From assembly GCA_963845145.1 (NCBI GenBank), contig CAWJQU010000005.1:1088001-1152000 (forward strand): DNA of 64,000 bases, in the 5' to 3' direction. The number at the start of each line of letters is the position of its first letter. Within the stretch, counting starts at the first letter, position 1. This DNA is from an uncultured delta proteobacterium. GTDB lineage: Bacteria; Desulfobacterota; Desulfobacteria; Desulfobacterales; QNYZ01. This document shows, one piece after another, positions 1 to 10,569 of the stretch. The notes beneath the pieces are model-generated. The model worked only from the letters and a program-made list of their open reading frames with translations. It searched no databases and was not told the origin of the DNA. Position numbers and translations under genes: made by a program.

Positions 1-1950
1 GTTTCCGGGCCATCGGTAATTCAATAAAATGCGCATGGTTCCGGAACTGATGGTGTGAATGGTTTTGCCCTGCAACCGGGCAAAGCGCTTAAGAAAATAT
101 TGAGCTAATATTGGAATATCATTAAATCGTTTGCGCAAAGGCGGCATCTGAATGGGGATAACATTCAGTCTATAGTAAAGGTCTTCCCGGAAACGCCCAT
201 TGATCACCTCTTCCAACAAATCCTGGTTCGTCGCTGCAATGACCCGGACATCAACGGATATCGGTTTTTGGCCCCCAATACGTTCCACCTTGAATGTCTG
301 CAAGACCCGCAATAACTTGACCTGAGCCGTTAGGGGGATCTCGCCGATTTCGTCCAGGAAAACCGTCCCACCGATCGCTTTTTCAAATCGACCTTTATTT
401 TGCCTAAATGCACCCGTAAAGCTGCCTTTTTCGTGCCCAAAAAGTTCGCTTTCCAAAAGAGTGCTGGGGTAGGCGGAACAATTGATGACGACGAAGGGGC
501 CGCTGCTGCGTCGGCTTTTTACATGGATGGCGCGGGCGACCAGCTCCTTACCGGTCCCGCTTTCACCTTGAATCAATACCGTGGCATCCGATGGCGCCAC
601 GTTTTCGATCATCTTATAAATGATCTGCATTTCGGGCGCTTTGCCGATCAATCCCGCATAGCCCGAAGTCTGTTCGATCTTGCTGCGTAGTTGGCGAATC
701 TCTTCTTCGTTGGCGCTGGCGCGTCGAATGGCGGCGGCGGTTTGGCTTAAAATGAGCTCAATGATCGTTAAATCATTGGTGACGCATTTACAACTGCCAG
801 GGCAACCCACACACACCACGCCAAGCGACAAATCCTGATAAACCAGAGGAAAAGCGGCAATCGTCTGAGCAGCTTCCAGCTCAGCAATGTTGATCGGAAT
901 TCGGTCCGGGGCAAGAAATTGCATTTCCCCGAGCTTGGCGGCGTTTTCAATAACCTTTGTAGACGTAGGGGGGCCAAATACATTTATGGCGCCTTCGGTA
1001 AAGACGAAAAGATTATCTCCACGATCGCTAAAAATGATAATCGTCAATTTCCGGCACTCGACGATTTGTTCAATTCTATTCACAAGATATTCGCAAATAT
1101 CCTGCAAATTGGCCATTGCTCCAACAGCCTTGGCAATCTCAAAAGAGATGCGTGTTTGTTCGTGGGAATGGTTCAGTTCGCTATTTTTTTCCTCAAGTTC
1201 TTGGCGGCTATGTTCGAGTCGCCGGGTATATTCGCGAATGCGATCAAGCATACTCTGAAATGCCGTGCGAAGAAGGTTGACCTCCATGTCGCCTTTGGGA
1301 CCCTGTTTTAACGATAGATGCGTTTCATCAATTTGGCCGACGGCTTCGGTCAATTTTAAAAGCGGTGTCATAATTTTGCGCACTAGTATCAGGCTTGTAG
1401 ACAAGGCCGCTGTCAGGATACCGATGGTGATAAAACCGATCTGGGTCCATATCCGCAATAGTTGGGTTCGGTAAGGTTTTTCGGAATACCCTACGCGCAA
1501 AACGCCGGCTTTACCGCCGAATATAGGCCAGGCCACGTCGATAAAGTAGTCTTTTTGATGTGACACTATTTTTTCAATGTGGCCGGTTTCATTTTTCAGC
1601 GGGGCATTGGCGTTGATAAGGCCCTGGGGAACGCCATTTTCAAATGTATGGGTTAGTATATTCTCTTTTTGTTGAATAAAAAGATAAGCGATTGCAGGGT
1701 CACGGTGAACCTGATCATCAAGAAGCTGCTGCAACGACACCAAGTCGTTGATCAGGATTTTATCGGCCGCGCTAAGGGCCACTTCATGGGCCAGTTTTTC
1801 TGCTTGGGCCCGGGCCCCATTGAAAAGGCTGATGCGATACCAATGTACAACCACCAGCGAAATAACCAAGCCACTCGTCACAACCACACCGGTTATCGCC
1901 AGAATGATTCTGTGTTTAAGACTTTGGGGGGTGAATCGCCGGAGTTTCAT
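1..1950 (-). CDS. Membrane-anchored sigma-54-dependent transcriptional activator (TM-periplasmic domain-TM-HAMP-GAF-like-AAA+), runs off the window start
   Basis: Not in the ORF track because it is truncated. Manual translation from ATG at 1950 gives [36 protein letters not shown]..., a second TM and a HAMP-like segment ([15 protein letters not shown]), then AAA+ motifs [59 protein letters not shown]. Confidence 0.92.
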   Translation of the reverse strand, partial: MKLRRFTPQSLKHRIILAITGVVVTSGLVISLVVVHWYRISLFNGARAQAEKLAHEVALSAADKILINDLVSLQQLLDDQVHRDPAIAYLFIQQKENILTHTFENGVPQGLINANAPLKNETGHIEKIVSHQKDYFIDVAWPIFGGKAGVLRVGYSEKPYRTQLLRIWTQIGFITIGILTAALSTSLILVRKIMTPLLKLTEAVGQIDETHLSLKQGPKGDMEVNLLRTAFQSMLDRIREYTRRLEHSRQELEEKNSELNHSHEQTRISFEIAKAVGAMANLQDICEYLVNRIEQIVECRKLTIIIFSDRGDNLFVFTEGAINVFGPPTSTKVIENAAKLGEMQFLAPDRIPINIAELEAAQTIAAFPLVYQDLSLGVVCVGCPGSCKCVTNDLTIIELILSQTAAAIRRASANEEEIRQLRSKIEQTSGYAGLIGKAPEMQIIYKMIENVAPSDATVLIQGESGTGKELVARAIHVKSRRSSGPFVVINCSAYPSTLLESELFGHEKGSFTGAFRQNKGRFEKAIGGTVFLDEIGEIPLTAQVKLLRVLQTFKVERIGGQKPISVDVRVIAATNQDLLEEVINGRFREDLYYRLNVIPIQMPPLRKRFNDIPILAQYFLKRFARLQGKTIHTISSGTMRILLNYRWPGN

Positions 1951-2947
1951 CGCCATATACCCTCTGTTTGATTACTCGGACCGACTCATACCAGGCCTCT
2001 TCAGCGGGGGCGAAATGGTCTATAAGAAGTTCGTCTAAAATTTTCCGCCCGGCCGTTTCATTGTGAAGGTTTAATAAAATATCGCGGACTTTTGCCTTTA
2101 GTTCATCCGGTAAATTTGAGGCAGCGACAAACGGCGGGCTGCCAAAGGGCATGGATTTTTTAATGACCCGGGTTTTGGATGTATAAACAGGGTTCAGCCG
2201 GCTATAAAACTCCCAAATATGGCTGTCGACCGTTGCACCATCAACAAGGGATTTGGCAACGGCCAGAATGGAATTATCATGACTGTAGGTGAAATGAACG
2301 CTTTTAAAATAGGACTCCGGGGTCTCTCCGATCTCCTTGAGCCAGTAAGTGGGAATTAAGGCACCCGTATTCGATTGGGGGTCTGTAAACGCAAATTTAT
2401 GCCCCCTCAGGTCTTCAAAACGATTAATAGAGCTATCCCTGTTGACGATCAAATATGACTGATAGTAAGGCTCTCCGCGAACAATGGGTGTTGCCAAAGC
2501 TTCGAAGCCGTAGCGTTCCCTGCCGGAAGCGTAGGGCCCGGTGCAGATGAAGGCAAGATCGACTTGGCCCTTGCGAATCAGTTCATTGATTTCACCATAT
2601 GTTTTACGTTGGATAAACTTTACATCCTGTTCAAGTTTTTGACCGATATAATTGAGAAGTTTTTGATAATGAACAAGGGTTTCTTTGGGTGAAATCATTG
2701 CCGCGATAGCCACCCGAAAGCTTTTTTGATCGGAAGGATTTGGTTCCGGCCTTGCAACGGATATGGTTTGTCTGAAGTCGACCGACTTATAATCTTTTTG
2801 ATCGCTGCAACCGAGGGAGATTGTGCCCACGGTCAGGATGGCGAGCAGGAATATCATAGACGACGCACTTTTTTTTTCTAAAGAACGAACGCTTATAATT
2901 GGTTCTGTGTGGCTGTCGCCCGAGACGACATCAAGGTTGGTTTTCAT
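1916..2947 (-). CDS. PhnD/phosphonate-type ABC substrate-binding lipoprotein
   Basis: Lipobox-like TISLG-C; motifs YYQSYLIV, FAFTDPQSNTG, SHDNSILAV, DGATVD typical of PhnD-family binding proteins. True start may be downstream, near 2857. Confidence 0.85.
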   Translation of the reverse strand: MKTNLDVVSGDSHTEPIISVRSLEKKSASSMIFLLAILTVGTISLGCSDQKDYKSVDFRQTISVARPEPNPSDQKSFRVAIAAMISPKETLVHYQKLLNYIGQKLEQDVKFIQRKTYGEINELIRKGQVDLAFICTGPYASGRERYGFEALATPIVRGEPYYQSYLIVNRDSSINRFEDLRGHKFAFTDPQSNTGALIPTYWLKEIGETPESYFKSVHFTYSHDNSILAVAKSLVDGATVDSHIWEFYSRLNPVYTSKTRVIKKSMPFGSPPFVAASNLPDELKAKVRDILLNLHNETAGRKILDELLIDHFAPAEEAWYESVRVIKQRVYGDETPAIHPPKS

Positions 2948-3181
2948 GCGGCCCCCGTATTTTAATTTTTTGGGGCGAATTTGTATATCTTATCCGTATT
3001 GAACTTAGATATCAATTAAAATATATTTACACCCGTTCGATTCTGTTTTAGCCTTATTCGGTATGAATTATCGTTGCAAGCGGTTATCGTTATCGGACAA
3101 TAAGGTCTTTTTTGATTTTTAATCCATGTGTATCGACTGTTTTTTAAACTATTTAAACAGCGTTCATGACAAAATGGGTAT

Positions 3182-4303
3182 TTGATTATGGCACGTATCG
3201 TATACGGCGTATCTGGTGAGGGATCGGGGCACTCGTCCCGCGCCCGGGTGGTGTTGGAACATTTGGTCCGGGCCGGACACGAGATTAAAGTGGTGACCTA
3301 CGGGCGCGGGGTGCAACATCTGGGAGGGGATTTTGATGTTTTTGAAACCGAGGGGCTCCATATTGCCAGCGTGGATAACCGGGTGGCACCATTAAAAACC
3401 CTTGCGACCAATCTTAAAAGCCTTCCCCATGGCCATAAAAAACTTAAGCATTTACGCAAGGATGTTTTCAAAACGTTCAAGCCCCACGTGGTGATCACCG
3501 ACTTTGAACCCATGTGTGCGTATCTGGCCCATCATTATGAGCTGCCGCTAATCACCATCGATAACCAGCATCGGCTGAGGTATATGCGCTATGACTATCC
3601 TTCTCATTTGCGCCACGAACGCAAGCTGGCTGTCAATATCATCCGGGGCATGGTACCGAAACCCGATGTCTCTCTGGTAACCACCTTCTACGCCGGCGAA
3701 TTAAAGAACCTGCGAACGTTCCTTTTCCCACCGTTGATCAGGTCTCGGGTTCAACATTTGACAGGGAAAAAAATGAACCATATTCTGGTATATCTGACCA
3801 GTGGTTTTGAATCGTTTCTGGATCTGCTCAACCAGTTTCCCCGCGAGCAATTTATTGTTTACGGCCAGGGCAGCGAGGGGCAAAAGGGTCACCTGACTTT
3901 CAAAGCTCCCAGCATCGATGGCTTTCTTGACGATCTGGCAACCTGCAAAGGGGTCATGGCCACTGCCGGGTTCACCCTTATGACCGAAGCATTGTATCTT
4001 AAAAAACCTTACCTGGCCCTCCCCATGGCCGGTCAGTTCGAGCAGGCCATCAACGGTATTTTTCTGGAGAAGTTAGGGTGTGGCATCAACCTGCAAAGAA
4101 TTAACCCGGATGGTATCGGCCATTTTTTGTACCGTTTGTCGGATTTTGAAGATGCCCTGGCCGAGCAACCCCCGTTTGACAATCAACCCCTGTTGGATAA
4201 ACTCGATACCCTTCTGGCCGATAACGGCGAAGTGGCAAACCGCTTTCGAAAAAAGCGAAAACGATTCAGCCGCCGTCCGGAAAAAGGCGAAGTCATCGGT
4301 TAA
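3182..4303 (+). CDS. MJ1255/VC2487-family glycosyltransferase (GT-B fold)
   Basis: N-terminal YGVSGEGSGHSSR, VITDFEP, IDNQH, C-terminal TAGFTLMTEALYLKKP...GQFEQ. Confidence 0.88.
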   Translation: MIMARIVYGVSGEGSGHSSRARVVLEHLVRAGHEIKVVTYGRGVQHLGGDFDVFETEGLHIASVDNRVAPLKTLATNLKSLPHGHKKLKHLRKDVFKTFKPHVVITDFEPMCAYLAHHYELPLITIDNQHRLRYMRYDYPSHLRHERKLAVNIIRGMVPKPDVSLVTTFYAGELKNLRTFLFPPLIRSRVQHLTGKKMNHILVYLTSGFESFLDLLNQFPREQFIVYGQGSEGQKGHLTFKAPSIDGFLDDLATCKGVMATAGFTLMTEALYLKKPYLALPMAGQFEQAINGIFLEKLGCGINLQRINPDGIGHFLYRLSDFEDALAEQPPFDNQPLLDKLDTLLADNGEVANRFRKKRKRFSRRPEKGEVIG

Positions 4304-4468
4304 TGTGGTTCAATATCTCCATGCTTCTTGAAATTTGCTACCCGGGGCTTACTTTGTTTTAGGGACTTAACCGAAACCATCAATGTGATGATTTTCGGTG
4401 ATTGATTATATCATTATCTCAACCCAACGATTAATTACCCAAAGGCGCATTTAAATGGGGGGCACTAA

Positions 4469-4924
4469 ATGGAACCTAACCCAATACCCACGGTCGCATT
4501 CTCGCTGACGGTAAAAGATGCAAACAGAGCTTTGGCCTTTTACACTGACGCCTTAGGCGCCAAGGAAGTCTTTCGCATGCCGACGCCTGAAGGTGGCGTG
4601 GCCCATGCTGAGTTTACAATCGGTAATTCCCACATCTATATTTCGGACGAATCCGAAGAGTGGCACGCCTTTGCCATGGCTGACGGCACTACTGCTTCCT
4701 GTCTTTTTTCAGTAGCGACTGACAATTGTGACTCGGCCTACAAACAAGCCATTGACGCCGGAGGCGAATCGCTGAGTGAGCCGACGGATCAGTTTTGGGG
4801 TAGCCGATCGGCGATTGTCAAAGACCCATTCGGATACCGGTGGTCTCTCAACCAGCAAATCGAAGAGGTATCGCCTGAAGAGTTGATGAAAAGGGCTCAG
4901 GCGCTCTTTTCCGAAAATAAGTAG
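4469..4924 (+). CDS. VOC/glyoxalase family (PhnB-like) protein
   Basis: ALAFYTDALGA, HAEFTIG, DQFWGSR, KDPFGYRW. Confidence 0.9.
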   Translation: MEPNPIPTVAFSLTVKDANRALAFYTDALGAKEVFRMPTPEGGVAHAEFTIGNSHIYISDESEEWHAFAMADGTTASCLFSVATDNCDSAYKQAIDAGGESLSEPTDQFWGSRSAIVKDPFGYRWSLNQQIEEVSPEELMKRAQALFSENK

Positions 4925-4968
4925 CTTTGGCTCTCGCCCTTTCAGTTAATTTTTGAGATGGATATGTT

Positions 4969-5691
4969 ATGACTCTAAAGACTGGCACATTGAGGGCCAC
5001 ACGTCTTTCACGTCGCCGTTTCCTGACGCTTTCCGCTCAAGCAGGCATGTTGCTGTTTGCCGGTTCGTTACCCGGTTGCAAACAGCGTCAATCCTCGATA
5101 TCTCTACCGGGCCTACCCTACGCTGAAGATGCCCTTGAACCGGTCATCTCTGCAAAAACGGTGCATTACCACTACGGCAAGCATCACAAAGGGTACATGG
5201 ACACGCTCAACCAATTGGTGACCAACACGCCCCTGGCCGGGCAATCACTCAAGGATATTATCAGATCCACTGTCGGGCGGCCTGAAAGCCGAAAAATCTT
5301 TCATAACGCCGCTCAGGCATGGAACCATCGCTTCTACTGGCGAAGCCTTACGCCACACGGCGGCGGCAAGCCGTCCGGGGCGTTGAAAGCCAGGATTGAT
5401 GGCACTTTCGGTAGCGTTTCGGATTTTAAAAAAGGGATGGTTCACGCCGCTGCTACACAGTTCGGCAGCGGTTGGGTCTGGTTAGTGTCGACAAACGATA
5501 AGCTCAAAATCGTAACCACCGGGAATGCAGACCTACCGCTTGCCGAGGGCATGAAACCACTTTTGGCCATCGATGTATGGGAGCATGCCTATTATCTGGA
5601 TTATCAGCACCGCCGGGCCGACTACGTCGAGGCCGTGATCGACAAGTTGATCAGCTGGCCGTTTGCCCAAGAAAACCTGGGCGTAAATTAA
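4969..5691 (+). CDS. sodB: Fe/Mn superoxide dismutase with twin-arginine/lipoprotein leader
   Basis: HYGKHHKGY, NAAQAWNH, QFGSGWVWL, DVWEHAYY; leader SRRRFL...LPGC. The AAQ motif favours the Fe type. Confidence 0.92.
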   Translation: MTLKTGTLRATRLSRRRFLTLSAQAGMLLFAGSLPGCKQRQSSISLPGLPYAEDALEPVISAKTVHYHYGKHHKGYMDTLNQLVTNTPLAGQSLKDIIRSTVGRPESRKIFHNAAQAWNHRFYWRSLTPHGGGKPSGALKARIDGTFGSVSDFKKGMVHAAATQFGSGWVWLVSTNDKLKIVTTGNADLPLAEGMKPLLAIDVWEHAYYLDYQHRRADYVEAVIDKLISWPFAQENLGVN

Positions 5692-5898
5692 ATCCAGAAC
5701 CTCCGATAATTTTCACCGGAGAGGGTTGTACATACATATAAACGCCAATCTTTCATTCCTTTCTTCTTAAATTTGTTCACCGGTGTCTTGGTGATCGTTA
5801 AATTTAGATCAACATTAAGAATTGCCTTTATCTGATCAATCCCGCCCATCCGAACTTTGACAAGCTTGTTGTCCATCCGCCACAAAATGCCCTTGGCC

Positions 5899-6420
5899 CT
5901 AATCAAAACTGAAACCGGATAAATAATCGCCAAGTTTTTGCCTATTCTCGTGTGCCATCGGTGGGCAGGCATCCTGATCGCGGATACCTTCTGCGACCCG
6001 CGTGGCAAATACCAGACAGGTCGGCTCACCACATTCCCGACAGTTGGTTTTCGGCAATAGTTTTAAAATATCGAGAATACCGGGTTTGGATGCCCCTTGG
6101 TAGCTTGGCGTGATCTCTTCACGACGATTCCAGATATCATTGATCTCATTCCGCAGCCAGGCAAGGATTTTATCCGTTTCGGCCTCATCCTTTAATGCAT
6201 TGATGGCAATTTTTCGAGGATGGACGCTGATTAACTTGCCCTGCAGCTTAAAGGTGACCGCCGGCGGATCCAGCGTATAGGTGTCTCCACCCAACTCCGC
6301 ATTGAGGTAAGGCAATACTCCTGAAATATCTTCAGAAAGATGGGCATGGCAGTGAAATGACTGGGCCCCCGGCATACATTTTGATCGAAAAATCTCTTTG
6401 GAATAGGCCTTTAACAACAT
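5899..6420 (-). CDS. Putative Fe-S cluster-binding protein (FeS domain as in the CdhE/AcsC N-terminus)
   Basis: LPKTNCRECGEPTCLVFA...CP motif. Confidence 0.82.
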   Translation of the reverse strand: MLLKAYSKEIFRSKCMPGAQSFHCHAHLSEDISGVLPYLNAELGGDTYTLDPPAVTFKLQGKLISVHPRKIAINALKDEAETDKILAWLRNEINDIWNRREEITPSYQGASKPGILDILKLLPKTNCRECGEPTCLVFATRVAEGIRDQDACPPMAHENRQKLGDYLSGFSFD

Positions 6421-6668
6421 GACATCATACCCAACGTGGTTGATTTTCGCAGAATCCTACAAGATGTTATCCGGGTTTTTTGTGCAGCTTTTCCTTTAAG
6501 ACGGAAGCGGGCATGAAAAGGTTACACTTTGGACAATGGCGATAAGGCGCCACCCAATTGCTTTTTGAATCCTCTGTACGGTTCAAATTCGTAACCAAGT
6601 GATTGATAGAACCGATGCGCTTCCTTTCGTTCCGTTTCGGTGACAAATATGATTTGGCAACAATAATT

Positions 6669-7517
6669 TTATATTTCAAGTGATCGCAAACAATAGGTCG
6701 GGCGCATAGATTCTGTGAGAACGGTTTCCGGCATCTTGGTTATCACACCCGTTCCAACCCAAGCGGCATCAAGCCCAAAGGCCCGTGCTCCTTTAATATC
6801 TGTCGTCAATTGGTCGCCGATCATTACCATTTTTCGCGTGCCACTGCGTGAAAGGGCTTCCTCAAAAATCGATTTGTGGGGTTTTCCTAATCGAATAAAC
6901 GTTAGATCGTTACGATGCGGATATCTAGCCCGTAGCGCCGCTTCAAACATGGCGGCAATACTCCCTGAAGTGAATCCCAGCCCATGGTCGGATTTGGGGT
7001 AAATAAGATCCGGGTTGGGTAAAATCAAATGCACGACCTTCCCATTATCAAGCGAGCGGCATAGAGAAGTAAACACCTTGTCCACCGTTTCAAAAAAAGG
7101 AAACCCTGCTTCATCAGCAATGACCAACACGTCAAAAGATTGGCCGGGAGAAACCACAATACCACCGGCTTGTTCTACATATCGAACACTATCGGCAGGC
7201 CCCAGAACGATACAATTCGCCCCCTTCAGATGATGTGTGGCGAAATAAGCTTTTAGCAGGCTTCCAGAAGAAATGATGCGATCGACGCTCAGATCCAACC
7301 CGTATTCCTTATAGCGCATTGCAGCGGTTTCGGGCAGTTTTGAGGCATCGTTGGTCAAAATGTAATACGGCTTCCCGATTTGATTCAAATATTCAAACAA
7401 CTCGATTGCGCCGGGCAATGCTCCCGTGCTATGGACCAATACACCATAGGCGTCGAAAAGCAGGACTTCATACTGTTCAATCAATTGTTCAATCGTAATT
7501 TCAGGGATATCACCCAT
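6669..7517 (-). CDS. HAD-IIA family hydrolase (NagD-like)
   Basis: FDAYGVL, LTNDAS, GKP, MIGDQLTTDIKGA. Confidence 0.9.
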   Translation of the reverse strand: MGDIPEITIEQLIEQYEVLLFDAYGVLVHSTGALPGAIELFEYLNQIGKPYYILTNDASKLPETAAMRYKEYGLDLSVDRIISSGSLLKAYFATHHLKGANCIVLGPADSVRYVEQAGGIVVSPGQSFDVLVIADEAGFPFFETVDKVFTSLCRSLDNGKVVHLILPNPDLIYPKSDHGLGFTSGSIAAMFEAALRARYPHRNDLTFIRLGKPHKSIFEEALSRSGTRKMVMIGDQLTTDIKGARAFGLDAAWVGTGVITKMPETVLTESMRPTYCLRSLEI

Positions 7518-7616
7518 TAAGTGTTCCCCCTTTCGGGTTTGCTATCCAAAATAATCTTTTTAGTCGGCACCGGGAGGTGGGTTGAAGATATCGAGCCAAG
7601 ACCAGAACCATCTGCA

Positions 7617-7754
7617 TTAAAATAATTTAGAATTGGAAATGGGCAGTGACGAAAAATTGAACATCCAGAAGAAGCCAAGGATCCCAAGTAGTAGAGCTAT
7701 CAAAAATGGTGTCGAGTAACGCTGTTCAGTCCATTGACTCACTTTTCTGATCAC
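7617..7754 (-). CDS. Small (45 aa) single-TM protein or truncated membrane-protein N-terminus
   Basis: GGAG Shine-Dalgarno, GTG start, MIRKVSQWTEQRYSTPFLIALLLGILGFFWMFNFSSLPISNSKLF*. Below the ORF-track cutoff. Confidence 0.35.
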   Translation of the reverse strand: MIRKVSQWTEQRYSTPFLIALLLGILGFFWMFNFSSLPISNSKLF

Positions 7755-7788
7755 GCGTTTACTCCTTTTATTTTAAGTAAGCTTCTGA

Positions 7789-8262
7789 CTATACGCCCTT
7801 TATCATAAATATACACCCCTTTATCTTTGACATCCCCGAGGGATATGGCTGAACTGCAAATCCCATACTTTCGTACAACCGCTTGGCAGGGATATTGTCC
7901 TCAAAAACGAATAGTGAAAAACGTACGCCATCCGTACTCGTAGAATTAAGAAGTGCCGTCATCAATTTTTCACCCAGTTTCCGGCCACGTATTTTGGGGG
8001 ATAATACGATTCGCCCTAAATGCCTGCAGCCATACTTAAAAAATGCCTGGCCAAAACCAAGCAAATTTCTGCTTTCATCAACCAAGGAATAAGAATCAGC
8101 AGTATCCCAGGCAATATCAATTTTAAGTTGTTCAAGGCCCAGCGGAAAATGGACAGCGGGTCCTCCCCAGTTCTTAACATCAGACTCGGTCTCAAACCAA
8201 CCAGACAGTTCTGCCAGATCTTGTTCGGTTGCAGATCTTATCCTCACTGTAAATCCATCCAT
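7789..8262 (-). CDS. GNAT family N-acetyltransferase
   Basis: RGRKLGEKLM acetyl-CoA motif; NIPAKRLYESMGF. Confidence 0.88.
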   Translation of the reverse strand: MDGFTVRIRSATEQDLAELSGWFETESDVKNWGGPAVHFPLGLEQLKIDIAWDTADSYSLVDESRNLLGFGQAFFKYGCRHLGRIVLSPKIRGRKLGEKLMTALLNSTSTDGVRFSLFVFEDNIPAKRLYESMGFAVQPYPSGMSKIKGCIFMIKGV

Positions 8263-8283
8263 ATATCCGACTTGGTATTCTTT

Positions 8284-8751
8284 TCAATTAACCTTCTTCA
8301 AAAATAATGCTTTTAATGATTCAGTTCGTTTTTTATTCGCCCCCAAATCACTATGCCCGACTCTAGACGCTGAGCGAATATGGATGACATTCTGCGTGGA
8401 ATCGACCCTGGCTTCAAAATCATCTGTAAAGCCAAAGACAGGCGAGGTAAAAATGGCGGAAAGATATGTATCGGTTTCAATTTGAATGACACCGCCAGAT
8501 TCCTGGATAGCCTCCTTGAGAATGTTCAGGGTGTCCGCGATATTTTCCCGGGAAAGGATGATCGGATCAATATAATGATCTGTATCCTCTTTTTGCTCAC
8601 TGCACACACAATTTGGCTTGTCAGGGCATTTCAACAGTGTCCCGTTGACCACCCCCTCCGCTTTCCCTGACTTGGAAATCCGGCCTAAAATTACCAGGAG
8701 GATCGGAATCGCAATGATGATTAAAATAAGTATAATGAGTGCTTTTTTCAT
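8284..8751 (-). CDS. DUF1499 domain protein
   Basis: N-terminal TM; CPDKPNCVCS; FGFTDDFE; RSASRVGHSDLGANKKR. Confidence 0.88.
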   Translation of the reverse strand: MKKALIILILIIIAIPILLVILGRISKSGKAEGVVNGTLLKCPDKPNCVCSEQKEDTDHYIDPIILSRENIADTLNILKEAIQESGGVIQIETDTYLSAIFTSPVFGFTDDFEARVDSTQNVIHIRSASRVGHSDLGANKKRTESLKALFLKKVN

Positions 8752-8760
8752 ATGATTTCC

Positions 8761-9048
8761 TTATTGCCCGCAGCACTTTTTATGCTTCTTACCGCTCCCA
8801 CAAGGACAGGGTTCATTGCGCCCCACTTTCTTTTCGGCTACCCTGGTTTTCGGTGGAGTCAACAATATTTCCAAGGCTGTAATATCCTCGGGGTTATCCG
8901 GTTCCAAATTTATTGTATATTTCCAACCGTTTTTTTCAAATACGGATTCCAACTCTTTCACTCTTTTTTCTGATTGTACATTTACAACGGCGGGGTTCTT
9001 TTCGGTCCCTAATTTAGAGGCCTTTTTACCATCGAATATTTTTTTCAT
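8761..9048 (-). CDS. SEC-C motif protein (PBPRA1643-like)
   Basis: C-terminal [21 protein letters not shown]. Confidence 0.88.
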   Translation of the reverse strand: MKKIFDGKKASKLGTEKNPAVVNVQSEKRVKELESVFEKNGWKYTINLEPDNPEDITALEILLTPPKTRVAEKKVGRNEPCPCGSGKKHKKCCGQ

Positions 9049-9072
9049 CTTTTAACCTTTCGCTTGCGCATC

Positions 9073-9525
9073 TCAAAGTGTGTAACGAAAATCACAAACG
9101 GATGCACCATCCATGATTGTCTGAGTACGGGTCAGTTTGACCTTCGGGTTAAACCCATGGATAAAACCAAAGTCCCGGCAGCAGGAAAGCGCCGTGCCCA
9201 TATCCTTTATCCCCAATTTTTCGTACGCCTCGGCAAACCGGCAGCGGGTGACATTAAAGCAAAAGCTTTCTTCGGTCTGTTCCAATATTTCTACCTCCAA
9301 CGAATCACCAGCGCCCCACTTATTAATTTCGTTCGCCAGATCGGCCAGGGTCACCGAACCTGTTTGACGAGCCAGTTCCCGACCGTATTTTTCCGATGCC
9401 TTGAGGTTGATATTCGTCACAAGGTCCTTCACCTTTCTCAAACCCAGTTCCTCGATAAAGGCCTGAAGAATAGGTGTCAATGCCTCGGCTTCGATGATTC
9501 GCTTTTCCAGCAGTGTCATATCCAT
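9073..9525 (-). CDS. L-2-amino-thiazoline-4-carboxylate hydrolase-like family protein
   Basis: FNVTRCRFAE, CCRD, LTRTQTIMDGASVCDFRY. Confidence 0.85.
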   Translation of the reverse strand: MDMTLLEKRIIEAEALTPILQAFIEELGLRKVKDLVTNINLKASEKYGRELARQTGSVTLADLANEINKWGAGDSLEVEILEQTEESFCFNVTRCRFAEAYEKLGIKDMGTALSCCRDFGFIHGFNPKVKLTRTQTIMDGASVCDFRYTL

Positions 9526-9671
9526 TTGATAAATTCCTGTTTTTCACGGTTACGATTCATCAAAATGATTTTAGGGCTCCTCAGAATATCAAGTCGATTC
9601 GCCCCCAACAGTCGGAAGACAAAAAGGCCCGTCTATCTTATTTGAGGATTTTAAGAAGCCGGGTAACGGTG

Positions 9672-9884
9672 TCATCGGTCCCTGGACGGGTTTCCGAAGC
9701 CACTTTTTGGAAATAATACCGCCTGGGCGGCAATGATATCTTTCCCGTTGAAGGTAACGGAAGGCGAACCGTAAAGCTCATACCCCTCTTCAATGAACTT
9801 TGATATGCGTTCACAGAAACTGGCGTCGTCTTTTCCGGTGATCAGGCGATAAATTAGTTTTTTATCCATGGTTATAGTCCTCAT
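9672..9884 (-). CDS. DUF1737 domain protein
   Basis: YRLITGKDDASFCERIS...GYELYGSPS...AQAV. Confidence 0.8.
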   Translation of the reverse strand: MRTITMDKKLIYRLITGKDDASFCERISKFIEEGYELYGSPSVTFNGKDIIAAQAVLFPKSGFGNPSRDR

Positions 9885-9915
9885 TCATTTTGGGGGTGGT
9901 GGGAGGTCGACACTA

Positions 9916-10055
9916 CAAGGTACCTCAAAAAAAATCTAAGCGCCCTTGGCGGCGTTGCAAAACGATTCAAAATGCTCACATACTATGTGTATGCTCCACT
10001 TTTTCACCGTTTCGCGCCTTGCCAAGAACACTAACATTTATTTTGAGATACCTTG
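9916..10055. mobile_element. 140-bp palindromic miniature element (MITE-like)
   Basis: Terminal inverted repeats CAAGGTACCTCAAAA / TTTTGAGATACCTTG (14 of 15 complementary) plus inner imperfect arms (cccttggc / gccaagaa); intergenic. Confidence 0.65.
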
Positions 10056-10077
10056 CCGTTTTAGTAAGCCTAACGCT

Positions 10078-10464
10078 CTATTTTTTACCCGTACTCTCGT
10101 TAAAGTATGCACGAATAGGCGCTGTGTCGTATATGATTTTTAGCTTGGTAAATTTTTTTCTGTCTTTGGCGAATTCAAAAACATCGACGCACTCGAATTC
10201 AACAATTTTTCCGCTCTTAAGCGTCCATTTGTATTGAAAATACAAGGCCACCGAGGCATTATCACCCATGGCTTCGAACATATTTAAAAGTGTCGTTTCT
10301 GAACGGCTCGTATCCGCGAAAAGGTCTCTATAAAAATCGGCAGCCGGGATCTCTCCATACAATGGCGAAACGACAATGGCATTAGCATCGAAGAGAGACA
10401 ATACCTTTTCCAAACTACCTTCATTCAGGGCATCAAGGTATTTCCTAAAAAATTTAGCGACCAA
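10078..10464 (-). CDS. SnoaL-like/NTF2 family protein
   Basis: YLDALNEG...LFDANA...CVDVFEF...IIYDT pattern; 128 aa. Confidence 0.8.
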   Translation of the reverse strand: MVAKFFRKYLDALNEGSLEKVLSLFDANAIVVSPLYGEIPAADFYRDLFADTSRSETTLLNMFEAMGDNASVALYFQYKWTLKSGKIVEFECVDVFEFAKDRKKFTKLKIIYDTAPIRAYFNESTGKK

Positions 10465-10569
10465 ACGTTGCCTCCAATCCGAAAATCGGTAAATAATATC
10501 CTATCGCATCCTCCGATGTCCAACGTATCACGTTTGTAAAATCCATGTGAAGCACGCAGTTTGAATAGT

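Noticed and set aside
400..2038. Plus-strand ORFs in the track (400-690, 887-1311, 1669-2038)
   Set aside because: Antisense shadows of the sigma-54 activator and PhnD-like genes; the same applies to most short overlapping ORFs in the track.
5688..6679. Small minus-strand ORFs 5688-6032 and 6467-6679
   Set aside because: They overlap neighbours and have no recognisable motif; cannot be supported, though gene remnants are possible.
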